In this document: positions 37,965 to 50,878 of the stretch, piece by piece
Layout of the letters: every line of letters begins with the position of its first letter
How positions within the stretch are numbered: the first letter of the stretch is position 1
Source of the DNA: Octopus vulgaris
Taxonomy: Eukaryota
DNA length: 64,000 bases
Direction of reading: 5' to 3'
Assembly: GCA_951406725.2 (NCBI GenBank)
Contig: OX597815.1
Coordinates: 65,100,001 to 65,164,000, forward strand
Position numbers and translations under genes: made by a program
Notes under the pieces: generated by a model
Told to the model about the DNA's origin: nothing
What the model saw: only the letters and a program-made list of their open reading frames with translations
The model's database searches: none

Positions 37965-40900
37965 ACCACCACCACAGCAAACAGACCCAGGATGGACACC
38001 ACCGGCAACAACATACACCTCACCTCGATGCTCCTACTGAACATCAGAGGACTGCAAACACTCAGTAACAGGACAAAAATCCCATTCCTGAGAGATTTTG
38101 TTGCATGCAATCAAGCCTTATGCATAGCACTAACGGAAACGCACCTGAAACCGGATATAGCAGATGCGGAGTTACACATACCACAGTATGCTGTACTACG
38201 GACCGACAGGAAAGAAAGGAGTCATGGAGGTGTTGCTATGTACATCCGTGAGGACCTCACACCCCAGGTCCTCTTGTCATACTCAAACTCGGTGTGTGAC
38301 ACACTAATTGTACATATTAGGCAACTTGATGTAGTTGTGTGTGCTACATACCGCCCTCCAGATGCCCCAAGCCATGTGGGCAAGTTTGAAGACTGCCTTA
38401 TAAAAATAGAAGAAGTTCTAACCACATTAGAACAACACATAAGTGTACTTCTTATGGGAGACTTCAATCTGCCAAATGTCAGATGGCCCGAGGGCCTTTC
38501 TCTCCCGGGAATGACAAGATGTGAACGAGGACAGGCGAGGTCCCTCCTGAACCTCATCAACACCCTGTACATGGAGCAGGTAATACTCCAACCAACCAGG
38601 GCAGGAAACCCACTGGATCTCTGCTTCACAAATGACATGGATCTCATCCATAATGTGAAAGTGACACCGACACTACTCTCGGATCACAACATGATAGAGC
38701 TGACCATGTACGGGCCAAAAGAGAGCACGGACATGCAGCCTACAAGAAACCCCCAGAATCTTTCCAGCTTGAACTACCATAAGGCAAACTGGAAACAAAT
38801 TGAGAAAGAGATCCTCAAACAAAACTGGCCTAAATGTCTCTCCTCGCCAGACATCGACGTGAAACTTCAACAATTCATGTCTGTAATGCAAGCCATATGC
38901 TACAAATATGTCCCAGAGAGAAAGGCCACTGTACACAAGAACAAAATCCCCAGAGAGAGGAAAATTCTAATGAGACGGCGTACAAAATTTTCAAATCGCC
39001 TAAACAAACAGATTGAAAGCAGTGAAAAGTCCCGCCTAAAAATAAAACTGTTGGAAATCGAAAAATGTCTGAAACTCTCCCATGAAAAGGAAAGAGCAGA
39101 CAAAGAAGCCTGGGCTATAGACAACATAAAATCTAACCCCAGAGCTTTCTACAGGTATGCCAAAGAAACAGCTACGGTGCACTGTAGAATAGGGCCACTC
39201 CTCGAAAAGGATGGCACACTTACAGGAAAACCAATGAGGGTAAGTGAAATACTGAATGAGCAATTCAAGAGTGTTTTCACTCCACCCCTTGGGCATCTCC
39301 AAATCACCAATCCAACTGACTTTTTTACCACTGCAGATATAAAATCAGAGGCGGCAACGATAGATTACATCGATATAAAGGAAGACGATGTAATCAAGGC
39401 TATAGATGAAATGAAAACAGACTCAGCTACTGGCCCCGATGGATTCCCGGCAATCCTCCTAAAAGCATGTAAGAGAGTCCTAGCAAGACCACTGCAGTTC
39501 CTCTTTCAGAGCTTCCTTGCAGCTGGCAAACTTCCAAGAAAACTGAAGGAAGGTAAAATATGCCCCATTCATAAAGGAGGTAGCAGAGCGGAAGCCAAGA
39601 ACTATAGACCTATCTCTCTGACCTCACACATCAGCAAGGTCATGGAACGAATAGTCAGAAGGAAGCTGATCACCTTCCTTGAAGAAAATGACTTGCTGCC
39701 CGACACCCAACATGTTTTCCGACCAGGGAGAAGCTGCTTAACTCAGCTCCTACAACACTATGACTGGGTGCTGAAACGGCTGCTCAACCACTCAAATGTG
39801 GAAGTGATATATCTCGACTTTGCAAAGGCCTTTGATAAAGTCGATCATGGAATGATATGTCACAAACTGCGTGATCTCAACATAGTTGGAAAACTGGGAG
39901 AATGGCTTCATGACTTTCTGAAAGATAGAAGTCAGGTGGTAGTGGCCAATGGGGCCACTTCCATTAACACGCAAATAGTGAGCGGTGTTCCGCAGGGCAC
40001 TGTTCTGGGACCACTACTGTTCATAATGGCCCTCTCAGACATGCCCTCAGCCACGCAGAGAGCCACGATCACAAGTTATGCAGATGATACAAAAGTTTCA
40101 CAGGCAATACAGAACCCTGAGGACACTAAACACCTGCAATGTGAGCTAGACAAAATATACAAGTGGGCTGAAAAGAATAGCATGCAGTTCAATGCTGAAA
40201 AGTTTCAAGCTCTATACTATCAGCATGCAAAACTAAATGCAATACCGAATGAATACACTGGACCCGGAGGAATAGCAATCCCAGAGGCACAATCAGTGCG
40301 TGACCTGGGTATTTACATGAGTGATGACGCGACCTTTCGTGTACATGTTGCTAAACTGGCAATGAAATGTAGACGACTGGCCGGATGGATCCTCAGAACC
40401 TTTAGAACAAGAGAACAAGAAACCATGATGGTCCTCTGGAGGACACTTGTCCTAAGCCACTTTGACTACTGCTCTCAGTTATGGTCACCATCCAGTGTCA
40501 AGTTGATCACAGAGCTCGAGGCGATCCAACGTAGCTACACGAAGAAGATAGCCTCTATGCAGAATGTAAGCTACTGGGAAAGACTCAAGAGATTAAAATT
40601 ATATTCCCTGGAGCGTAGGCGGGAAAGATATGACATAATATACATCTGGAAGATCCTGGAGGGAAGTGTCCTGAACTTTGGCATCGAGAGTTACGCAAAT
40701 GCCAGAACTGGGCGCCACTGCGTGGTGCCTAGGACTCCAAACTTGCCATCAAGATGTAGGACAAGATTCTGTGATAGCCTGGGCTTCCGAGGCCCACAGC
40801 TCTTCAATATCCTCCCGAAGAACCTGAGAGACCTGCATGGGGTGGATACAGATGTCTTTAAAATGAAGCTGGATCTTTTCCTGTCAGGTGTCCCAGATGA

Positions 40901-41073
40901 ACCAACTTCACGGCAGAAGGGGCAGATGAGGGCAGCTGCATCGAACTCTCTCATACACCAAATAGCAGTTGCTAGAAAGCCTCCATGAAGTGAAACCAAG
41001 TAGCAACACCAAATGGCGGTGCCCCAGCATGGCCACAGCTCATAAGCTGAAACTAGAATCAATCAATCAATCA
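37965..41073 (+). mobile_element. CR1-group (possibly Daphne/Crack-like) LINE lacking ORF1, with (AATC)n tail, inserted in microsatellite
   Basis: Intact ORF2, 3' UTR gtgccccagcatggcc plus hairpin, tail at 41057-41073. Confidence 0.93.
37992..40988 (+). CDS. LINE ORF2: AP endonuclease + reverse transcriptase (998 aa)
   Basis: Motifs [59 protein letters not shown] replaces the usual QHGF. Confidence 0.94.
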   Translation: MDTTGNNIHLTSMLLLNIRGLQTLSNRTKIPFLRDFVACNQALCIALTETHLKPDIADAELHIPQYAVLRTDRKERSHGGVAMYIREDLTPQVLLSYSNSVCDTLIVHIRQLDVVVCATYRPPDAPSHVGKFEDCLIKIEEVLTTLEQHISVLLMGDFNLPNVRWPEGLSLPGMTRCERGQARSLLNLINTLYMEQVILQPTRAGNPLDLCFTNDMDLIHNVKVTPTLLSDHNMIELTMYGPKESTDMQPTRNPQNLSSLNYHKANWKQIEKEILKQNWPKCLSSPDIDVKLQQFMSVMQAICYKYVPERKATVHKNKIPRERKILMRRRTKFSNRLNKQIESSEKSRLKIKLLEIEKCLKLSHEKERADKEAWAIDNIKSNPRAFYRYAKETATVHCRIGPLLEKDGTLTGKPMRVSEILNEQFKSVFTPPLGHLQITNPTDFFTTADIKSEAATIDYIDIKEDDVIKAIDEMKTDSATGPDGFPAILLKACKRVLARPLQFLFQSFLAAGKLPRKLKEGKICPIHKGGSRAEAKNYRPISLTSHISKVMERIVRRKLITFLEENDLLPDTQHVFRPGRSCLTQLLQHYDWVLKRLLNHSNVEVIYLDFAKAFDKVDHGMICHKLRDLNIVGKLGEWLHDFLKDRSQVVVANGATSINTQIVSGVPQGTVLGPLLFIMALSDMPSATQRATITSYADDTKVSQAIQNPEDTKHLQCELDKIYKWAEKNSMQFNAEKFQALYYQHAKLNAIPNEYTGPGGIAIPEAQSVRDLGIYMSDDATFRVHVAKLAMKCRRLAGWILRTFRTREQETMMVLWRTLVLSHFDYCSQLWSPSSVKLITELEAIQRSYTKKIASMQNVSYWERLKRLKLYSLERRRERYDIIYIWKILEGSVLNFGIESYANARTGRHCVVPRTPNLPSRCRTRFCDSLGFRGPQLFNILPKNLRDLHGVDTDVFKMKLDLFLSGVPDEPTSRQKGQMRAAASNSLIHQIAVARKPP

Positions 41074-41096
41074 CTCATATATATATATATATAGAT

Positions 41097-41131
<35 letters not shown>

Positions 41132-41254
41132 GATATACATACATATATATATATAGATAAACATATATATATATATATATAGATATACATACATATATAT
41201 ATATATATATAGATATATATATATATATATATATAGATATACATACATATATAT

Positions 41255-41328
<74 letters not shown>

Positions 41329-41331
41329 CAT

Positions 41332-41364
<33 letters not shown>

Positions 41365-41367
41365 CAT

Positions 41368-41400
<33 letters not shown>

Positions 41401-41461
41401 CATATACATACATACATACATATATATATATATATACATATACATACATACATATATATAT

Positions 41462-41494
<33 letters not shown>

Positions 41495-41507
41495 TATATA
41501 TACATAC

Positions 41508-41540
<33 letters not shown>

Positions 41541-42325
41541 ACTTAGAATAACTTAGAAAGGTTTTTGGCCAGTATTGGCCCAGGCCATGTCTAACTTAAT
41601 AGCACCACCTGGCGAAGTCTTTCAGTTCAGGATTTGGGCACCAAGGCCCATTCGAGCAGAGAGTTATTGTTTGCGGAGACATATCCGGGTGTGGGTGGTT
41701 TGTCCGGTACTGTTTGAAGGAATTTGTCCAAAGACTTCTTGAATTTTGTGTGGTCAGTTTCTTTTTTGACGTGTCCTGGTGTAATGTTGAAGAGAGCAGG
41801 TCCAAATGAGGTGAAATAGTTGTGCCGTATTGTCGTTATGTGATGCGATTTAGATTTTTGTTGTGGACGGATGGCACGTGGTCCAAGCCTTGGATGCATT
41901 TTGAAGGTGATGCCAACATCATTCGGACAGTGCTGATGGAATATTTTCCACATCATACAGATAATGTAGCGTTCACGGCGTCGTTGGAGTGAATACAATT
42001 TCAGCTTCTCTAGTCTACCCCAGTAGTCAAGGTCTGACATGCCATCTATCTTTTTTGTGATTGACCTTTGGGGAGCTTCAATTCTCATAATATTTTGTTT
42101 TGTGTAGGGAGACCACAGTGGACAGCAGTATTCAAGGTGGGGTCGGGCAAAAGTGGAGAAGAGAAGGATAATAGCGTGGGAATCTCTCGACTGGAAGGTT
42201 CTGAGAATCCAGGAACACATTCTGCGGGCCATGTCAACTTTGCTGCTTATATGTGTAGCCCAGCTTATGTTGTTGTCCACTGTTACTCCCAGGTCTCTGA
42301 TGTTGTTGGATGCCATGAGAATTTC
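41541..42325 (-). mobile_element. 5'-truncated CR1-group LINE, 3' end (another family)
   Basis: Encodes [44 protein letters not shown]. 3' UTR contains CATGGCC; TTCTAAGT(TA) repeat tail. Confidence 0.9.
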
Positions 42326-42342
42326 ATACATACATACATACA

Positions 42343-42390
<48 letters not shown>

Positions 42391-42393
42391 CAT

Positions 42394-42424
<31 letters not shown>

Positions 42425-42733
42425 CATATACATACATACATATATATATATATACATATACATACATACATATATATATATATACATATACATACATACA
42501 TATATATATATATACATATACATACATACATATATATATATATATACATATACATACACATATATATATATACATATACACATACATATATATATATATA
42601 TATACATATATACATACATATATATATATATATATACATATACATACATACATATATATATATATATACATATACATACATACATATATATATATATACA
42701 TATACATACATACATATATATATATATATACAT

Positions 42734-42764
<31 letters not shown>

Positions 42765-43010
42765 CATACATATACACATACATATATATATATATATATA
42801 TACATATACATACATACATATATATATATATACATATACATACATACATATATATATATACATATACATACATAATATATATATATATATATACATACAT
42901 ACATATATATATATACATATACATACATATATATATATATATACATATACATACATATATATATATATATATATACATATACATACATATATATATATAT
43001 ATATATACAT

Positions 43011-43041
<31 letters not shown>

Positions 43042-43044
43042 CAT

Positions 43045-43094
<50 letters not shown>

Positions 43095-43118
43095 ATATAT
43101 ATATACATATACATACAT

Positions 43119-43152
<34 letters not shown>

Positions 43153-43170
43153 ATATATATATATATACAT

Positions 43171-43245
<75 letters not shown>

Positions 43246-43276
43246 CATATACATACATATACATATATATATATAC

Positions 43277-43314
<38 letters not shown>

Positions 43315-43334
43315 ATATACATATACATATATAC

Positions 43335-43757
43335 ATCATCATCATCATCATTTAACGTCCGCTTTCCATGCTAGCATGGGTTGGACGGTTCAACTGGGGT
43401 CTGGGGAGCCCGAAGGCTGCACCAGGCCAGTCAGATCTGGCAGTGTTTCTACAGCTGGATGCCCTTCCTAACGCCAACCACTCCGAGAGTGTAGTGGGTG
43501 ATTTTATGTGCCACCGACACAGGTGCCAGACGAGGCTGGCGAACGGCCACGCTCGGATGGTCTTTTTATGTGCCACCGACACAGGTGCCAGATGAGGCTG
43601 GCAGACGGCCACGCTCGGATGGTGTTTTTTATGTGCCACTGACACAGGTGCCAGATGAGGCTGGCGAACGGCCACGATCGGATGGTGTTTGTTATGTGCC
43701 CACAGCACGGAGGCCAGTCGATGCGGTACTGGCTACGGCCACGTTCGGATGGTTTTA
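43335..43757 (-). mobile_element. RTE 3' module with ~61-bp repeats and (ATG)n tail (part of the right inverted arm)
   Basis: Near-identical to 57698-58000 and to the reverse complement of 27490-27921. Confidence 0.85.
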
Positions 43758-44703
43758 TAATAGAACAGCACACAATAGTAACCCTCCCGACGAGAACAAT
43801 ATAGATCCTATTAGGAGAAATAGAAGGGATAATAGTAGATTACGCAAATATATATGGTTCAACATACCTTTCAACTTAGCAGTTAGGGGTAAGTTATGTA
43901 AGAGAATATTCTCTATAATTTCCAACAACTTCCCACCCACCCACAAGTATAGAAGTATCTTCTCCAACAAAACTATTAGGATTTCCTACTCTACCCTGCC
44001 CAACATGAGCTGCCTCATAGCTAAACATAACTATATTAATATTAGAACAGCTAGATCAAGAGCAAACCATAGCGACCAACAGAACCCCCCTCATCTAGAC
44101 AGTAGACAATATAACCAGACTGACAGCCATACTACCCAAACAGTTAGTAATAACACCCGCCAACACAACAGAGGAAATACTACACCCATCAACAACCAGG
44201 AGGATACCAACGCCCCCACTCGTATTGCAACACCCCCGCCTGGGATTAGCAGCACACGACCGAATAATGCAATGCAATGCAACTGCAGATGTGCATCAGA
44301 GTGCCCGCTGCAGGGCGCATGTAGGGCGAAAAACGTAATATACTCATGTGAGGTGAGTACTCAGTTTAACACACTCACCTATATTGGTTGCTCAACCTCC
44401 TGGAAATCCAGATACTACAACCACCGGTCCTCGCTGAGACACAGACATAAGGCTAACAGCACCTCCCTCTCTAAAAGAATTTGGGAATTAAAAGACAAAT
44501 GCATAGGCTTCAAACTCAGATGGTCCATCATCGGATCAGCTGCACCTTATTTAAATAATAGAGCAGGATGCCAACTATGCTGTATAGAACTCCTGAACAT
44601 CTTGAAATTCAAAGACAAACACAATCTTATTAACAAAAGGTCAGAGTTCAAACCATCCTGTATACATAAACTTATTAATACTTTCAAATACTACAATGCT
44701 TAG
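43758..44703 (+). CDS. 5'-truncated Penelope-like ORF: C-terminal region with GIY-YIG endonuclease (possibly Nematis-type)
   Basis: [77 protein letters not shown]; frame open to the stop at 44703. Confidence 0.88.
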
Positions 44704-46564
44704 GTCTTATACCAACTCCCCCATGCAATTTCCTCCCACCCGGTGCAACCTGTCGGCTCCAGCACATCCCGCTTTCCTATATGTGCGTGTGTATGTGTGT
44801 GTGTATGTATGTGCACATACGTGTACGTATGTGTACATATACATATATATACACATGTGCGTGTGTGTGTGTGTGTATGTGCATATACGGTTCCCTGCAT
44901 TTTCCCCCTATATATACAAATTTTGTCTCCCATATATGACTTCTTTTCCCTAAATATTTCTTCTCCTACACCCATATCCTCCCTATGTAGTCTCTTTAAT
45001 TCCCTATATCTATACCCTTTCACATTTCTAACTCAGATGTTGAACGCACACCGCCAAACTCCACTTCCCACCCTTCCAATTTTCAGCTCCCCCGCCCGCC
45101 CCTACGTTTAACACACACCTCTAACTTTCAACCACCTCCATCTCATGTTAAACTTTACAAAATTATATTTTTATCTTATTTTATTTTATTTTTATTTTTA
45201 TTTTTACTTTTATCCTACTTCCATTTATTTTTATTTTTAATTTTATTTTTACTTTTATTCTACTTCCATTTATTCTCATTTTCATTTTCATCCCTTACCT
45301 TAACTCTTATAATTTTTATAATTCTTATACTTCATTTCTAACTATTACATTGTATTTCTTATTTTATACTGTATTTTTTATTTCTAATCTTTACCCTTAC
45401 CCTCATTCTTACCCCTAACTTATCGCTTTACACCTCTATATATGTTTATTTACTTACCTATGGATCCATCTTTTGAATATACGAGCGTCCGCGTACGTGT
45501 GTATACGCATACATACATATGCACGCGCATATATGTACATGCATACTTCGATATCTTATAGCTATACCCATGTGCGCATGTGTCTCTCGGTGTGTGTATA
45601 TGAGTGTATATGTGCACGCACATACGGACACACAGCCGTGTGTGCATGCGCGTATTGACATGAGTACGGGATTCTTTACTTACGTTCTTATACACATCCT
45701 TTAATATCTTATACCTGGACCTAGAGGCGTGGGCATATACGTGTGTGTATGTAGTGATGGGCGCGCGTATATACATGTGAGCGTGTACGCGCGTAATGTC
45801 CGTGTATATATGCGGATATTCTGTTGTATGTATGTGTGTGTACGCGCGTGCGTGTGGGTGCGTGTGTGTTTATGTACGTGTTTACACGCGAGTGCGTGTG
45901 TATGCTTATATGCTTGGAGGCGTATATGTACGCGTGTATGTGGGTGTATGTATCCATGATGATATGTATGTACTAGAAGTCCATTTAATTCAAGGAACCA
46001 GATTAAATGCTCATCAGCTCTGATTTACAACGCATTAAGTCCCCAGACGAAACTGTTGATTTACTGACAATTCTACAACTAAATTTTATCAATCTCCTGA
46101 CCACCATGCTTGGTCCGTAACCTCTATACATCCCTTATCTTTACATTCTTTTACACTTTTATCATGGTTTTATCAGATTTTTTTACTTTTATTTCTATTT
46201 CTATTTTTACTTTATAACCTTATGCCTTTACATTTATTTACATTTCTTTATATTTCTTTATACCCCCTTTACATCTCCTTACAACTCTTTATATCTTTAT
46301 CCTCTACATTTTTATATTATTCTATACTTACACTTTTTTACCCCTCGTCCCGAACTCTCGCCCCTCCATCTTCACCTCTATATATGTATTTATTTATTTA
46401 CATTACCTCAACATCCAATTTTCCTCATTCTACATTGAGAGAAGAAAGAGATGGACGCTTCAATTCTATGCTGCTGCCGCATTATGTCGTACGTGAATGA
46501 GAGGATTTGCATCCCCAACCAAGAATTTTTGATGTAACACATGTCCTTGCGGAAGCTGTTGTGC

Positions 46565-46642
46565 GCGGCTGAAGAAGGCCACAGACATACATTATGCATT
46601 GTTATAAATCTGTCTAATAAAGGCCCGAAACATATGTACCGC
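46565..46642 (+). ncRNA. Type I hammerhead ribozyme (Penelope-type, palindromic stem III)
   Basis: gcgg-CTGAAGA-a-ggcc[~40-nt extension with acaga/tctgt]ggcc-c-GAAA-catatgt-A-ccgc. Predicted cleavage after GUA at 46638. Confidence 0.8.
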
Positions 46643-46749
46643 TGAATCCTTCGCATCATGTTTTTATTTTATTTTTATCAATTTACTCCACCACCTACAC
46701 CACCAAACGGTATACACAGGTGCTTATAATTATCAAGTACTCACCCCTA

Positions 46750-46792
<43 letters not shown>

Positions 46793-47279
46793 CATACATA
46801 TATATATATATATATACACATACATACATACATATATATATATACACATATACACACACATATTTATATTTATATATGATATATATGTTATGTATACATA
46901 TATATATGTAAATGATATATATATATATAAATTATAGTGTAAGAGGAGGGATGTAATAACCTGCAAGATACTGAATTACTTTTAGTGAAATACAAAGGCT
47001 GGTTCTTTCACATGGTGCATTTTTTCGGTAAACTTCCTTTAGCCCCCACCCTATGTTACTGTTTAGTTCTTGGCTATTTAGAGTGTAAAGTGCAATATTG
47101 ATAATAAGGAGAATATGATATATGATATATAATGTGTATGTGAGCATGCATTTCACTTAGGCATTGCCAGACTAATAACCTGATGTAGAACTCAATATAT
47201 GTATGTTTCAGAGCAAATTGTTAGTTGAGTATAGAGCAGTAATAAGAGAGATGACAAAGGAATAAATAATTACCTTACA

Positions 47280-47496
47280 AACTTCATTAGCTTACAGATG
47301 TTCCTGGTATAAGATGCAGATGACTCCTATCTCAGTGCCTGAATAGCTGTTCCCCATATAGGCTCAAATGTAATTCTTTCTCAAATAAATTGCATTTCAT
47401 ATTTGAGGCTCTGATATAGCTATAAAGTATTCTTCAGGCACTCAACTATGAGTCCACACCATCTTATAGCAGAAAAAGCTGTAAACTAATGAAGTT
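47280..47496. repeat. Old imperfect ~215-bp palindrome (inverted pLTR-like relic)
   Basis: aacttcattagcttacag..tataagatg..gactc..agtgcctgaa pairs with ttcaggcact..gagtc..catcttata..ctgtaaactaatgaagtt. Related to 15365-15420. Confidence 0.65.
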
Positions 47497-48073
47497 CATA
47501 AAAGAGACAGACAGACAAACAGTTCAATTCAGAGTGTAAAATGCAAAACAATAAATTATACTTTACTTTCCACACTATTTGAAACCACATACGGAATTTT
47601 CAAAAATTATTTTAAAATGAATTTTAACAACCTTCAATATATCAGCTACATAGCATGATCCCACAGAGATGTGTATGTGAGAGAAAGAAACAGAGATAGA
47701 GAAATAAGAGAGTGTGCTCACAACTGCATTATAACTGTAAATCTGACCAGCTTTTATTCTTGATTCTTCACTAACTTAACCAAGGAAAACCTCGGACTTG
47801 AGATTTTTTTCTTTTATGTATTATTCTGCACTGATTTTGGATTTGTGTGCAAATTTTGGAAATTCACTGAGAAACAATGCTACTGTTGCAAAACAAGCAA
47901 ACAATAATACTTCAACACACACACAGCATATATTGTAAAGCTCCATACAATGTGATTACTTTGGGAAGGTAGAAACATCATTATACTGTATAGCTAATTA
48001 CAATTAAATGAATTGAGCTGTAAGGAATTTTGACTGTATTAATAAATTAGATAAACTACAAATGAACACTTAC

Positions 48074-48114
48074 CAGCTTAATTGCAACATGTTCATTATT
48101 ATAAAGATTTTTAC
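48074..48114 (-). CDS. CSNK1G: Internal coding exon of casein kinase I gamma (gilgamesh-like), kinase subdomains I-II
   Basis: Minus strand: polypyrimidine ttttttttttccag | GTAAAAATCTTTATAATAATGAACATGTTGCAATTAAGCTG | gtaagt. Translates (G)KNLYNNEHVAIKL, matching the CK1-gamma GKNLYxNExVAIKL segment with the catalytic Lys. Confidence 0.9.
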
Positions 48115-50499
48115 CTGGAAAAAAAAAACATTGCAATGAACAAAACATATATTTCAAAGAATTAATTATTTAAAATACATTGATTACAAAAACATTTACT
48201 ATTTAAACAGGGTGAATAGAAAAAAATTGCATTAAATTATTCTGATAAGAAATCTTAAACTGAAGATTATTCTTGCATCAATTTTAACACATAAACCATG
48301 AACTCAGTTAACATCAACATAATACATTACTTTCATTTACTTATATTATATTTAGATAGAAAGTAGTTATATAAAAGATCTGTTTTTCCTAGCCGTCTAA
48401 TTATAAACAAAATACTTAGAAATACTCAGTACAACACAAATCTAATTGACATTAAATGCTTCTGTCAGTCCTACACTACCTAAAACTTCCCCAAATCTTA
48501 TTTGTATTTGTTTTAAAGGAAGTTATGCATTCATTAATTAAGAAAGAAAACTTAAATCCCTTCCTTGTTTATTTACATTCTGTAACATTTGCTATAAAAA
48601 TTGACCCACTTGTGCTGACTTGTTCAGAGCTTTTTTTTTTTTTATTGAAACTTTCAAGCATACCTGGATATGTCATTTCTGAAGGAAATAACTCAGTTTA
48701 CCTGTAAAGTTCATAATGGAAAAGTCACAAAAAGGGCCAGGAAAAAACAAACTATTCTCTCTTTTGTGATGCTCTATGTCTATGTCTGTTACTAAGTCCA
48801 TCTAATTTATTACTAACATATTTCTTTTCATCTTGCCTAAGTGTATCCATTTTTAGTTGTGTAATTAATTAACAATCTCACATGCACCACATTATTTTTA
48901 GCACAAACAACTATTTACATTATATTTTTTAAAAAACTAATCCTTTTTATGTAATACTGCCAATTTTCACAATAATCTGACAAGTAAAGATACTGTTGAC
49001 ATTTATATAAACACACTTTTTTAGGTTTTTGACTTTGGAAACTTCCAAAAGGATGTTAAGAGTTAATTACCATCAACATCCATGAAACTTTCAACTCTAC
49101 TCTTTGCAATCTACTTGTACAAAAAAAATACTCCCCACCAAACACAAATCACCAACATCTCCAAATCTTGCAATTTTTCAAATGAGTTAATTCTCACTTT
49201 TTTATAACTTATAGCTACACAACCTTCCCATACCTGCCCAAAACATACAAGCTGCCTCACATGCAAACATACACATCTTCTCACTGTTCTTCAGACAGCA
49301 TTGCACAACTACGCCAACCCTATACAAATTACCTAGAAACAATAGACTTGAAGTAGTACATACCAGCTACAGGGTAGATGATCAAATACAACCACCCATT
49401 ACAAAATAACATACCACACAGAAGACAAAAATACTGAGTTACAAACACAGTCACAACATAGACAACACACATAAGAAGACAGCAAAGAAAAAACGATGTG
49501 TAAGCATAACTAGATCAACCACATGTACAACACATGGTCAACAATAGTACATAAACAGTGCAAAAAACATGATGGACCAGGCCAGTCCTACCTGAACCAC
49601 CAACCTTTCCATAGTAAACTACAAAGTACACAAACAGTGTACTATGTATCATAAAAAGTTTGTACACAGACCACATCCACTATTCACCTACACAATGAAA
49701 TGAAAACACAAAACTGAAAGACCACCTGAACATGTGTAGGGCCTCTGAAAACCCAGACATGTATACAACTCCCTGGAGTACAACAACATCCTAGAAATAC
49801 TATCTCTCTTTCTCTCAGCTCCTCCCCCACCCCCCACCCCACAGAGAAACAGCTAGCTACAACACTTGTAACCTGATTAGCCCCAAAAACATTGAATGCA
49901 TGCTCTGACCAAAATCAACTTTCACTGTGGCCAGTACCAGAATCTGCAAATATTCAGAAATGGATTGACAGTGGAAGGATTGAAACTTGTCCATGCAGTC
50001 ATCACATTACACTCCTTAGAATCAATCACAGCACGTTGGGTCAAACAGTATGATCTTTAGTTAAAGAGAGACATGCAATAACTAAGAAAATAGATCTATA
50101 GGTTGCTTTCATCATTCAGTTGAATACCTGTGTGCAGTCAGCTCTGGCCTGAAGCCATACAACAGCATACCACACACACATATTAAGACAATACTTGAAA
50201 TGACATACAACATTCAAAGTGCATCAAGAAAACAGTATGGAAAGCAAAGTAATGCAAAACTACACTCAAAGCAGTTACACAAATGGACAATATACCAGTC
50301 TTGTACTGGAATTGAGTTTTCATTTGCTCTTAATCTATTTTTCTCTGTCTTTCTCTCTTCCAGGAGAAATCAGCTGTAATCAAACCTGAGGATATGACTA
50401 TAAACTGCCCAAGGCATGCTATAGTCATGATGGCACCCCTACAATTTCATTGAGAAGTTGAAGGTCAAAAGTAAGGGAAGATAAATGTGCATGCATATA

Positions 50500-50645
50500 T
50501 CATCACTGATTTAATATCCACTTTTCCATCTTCACATGGGTTAGAAGGAATTTATTGAAATGCATTTTCTACAACTGGATGTCACCAACCCTCACCTGTT
50601 TCCAAGCAAGCTAATAAAATCTCTTAGCAAGACATATTTACACAA
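50500..50645 (-). mobile_element. SINE 3' fragment with RTE-like tail
   Basis: Reverse complement resembles 17750-17890. Confidence 0.5.
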
Positions 50646-50847
50646 AACATGGATGGAATTTAAATTTCAATGTATCACTGTGTGTGTTTTCACAATTCAC
50701 ATATTTTGTGACCATAGTCCACATTCCTGAGATGATTATAATACAATTTATAATATCCATGAACTTCAGATGGGTCTTTGTTCATGCATTCATATAGGAG
50801 TTTTTATGTGCATACTCAAAAACATTTCCTGTAAACAAATTTAAAGG

Positions 50848-50877
<30 letters not shown>

Positions 50878-50878
<1 letters not shown>

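Larger units (their letters stand above)
27150..43334. repeat. Compound (TA)n/(TACA)n microsatellite array in ~10 blocks separated by insertions
   Basis: Blocks at about 27150-27306, 27921-28021, 29199-29445, 29739-30090, 32037-33190, 34042-35219, 36099-36340, 37848-37964, 41076-41540 and 42326-43334. Interruptions are mostly C on the + strand. Confidence 0.95.
43758..46753 (+). mobile_element. Penelope-like element 3' portion with ~2-kb non-coding tail and hammerhead ribozyme, ending in (TA)n
   Basis: GIY-YIG ORF, low-complexity 3' region, hammerhead at 46565-46642, TA run from about 46755. Confidence 0.75.

Noticed and set aside
27089-43351. Many long Y/I/M/C/V/H/T-rich ORFs (up to 645 aa)
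   Set aside because: They are translations of stop-free (TA/TACA)n microsatellite. Only the LINE-derived C-terminal parts of 33265-35202 and 41627-43351 are real coding remnants.
43498-43757. N-terminal part of the 401-aa ORF as a novel GIY-YIG fusion protein
   Set aside because: It is the antisense reading of the RTE 3' repeat module, in frame with a truncated Penelope ORF by chance.
46015-46060. Possible second hammerhead in the Penelope tail (ctgattt..gacgaaac)
   Set aside because: No CUGANGA core and no consistent stems.
49100-49950. AC-rich stretch possibly from an old Penelope ORF
   Set aside because: No motif could be translated with confidence.
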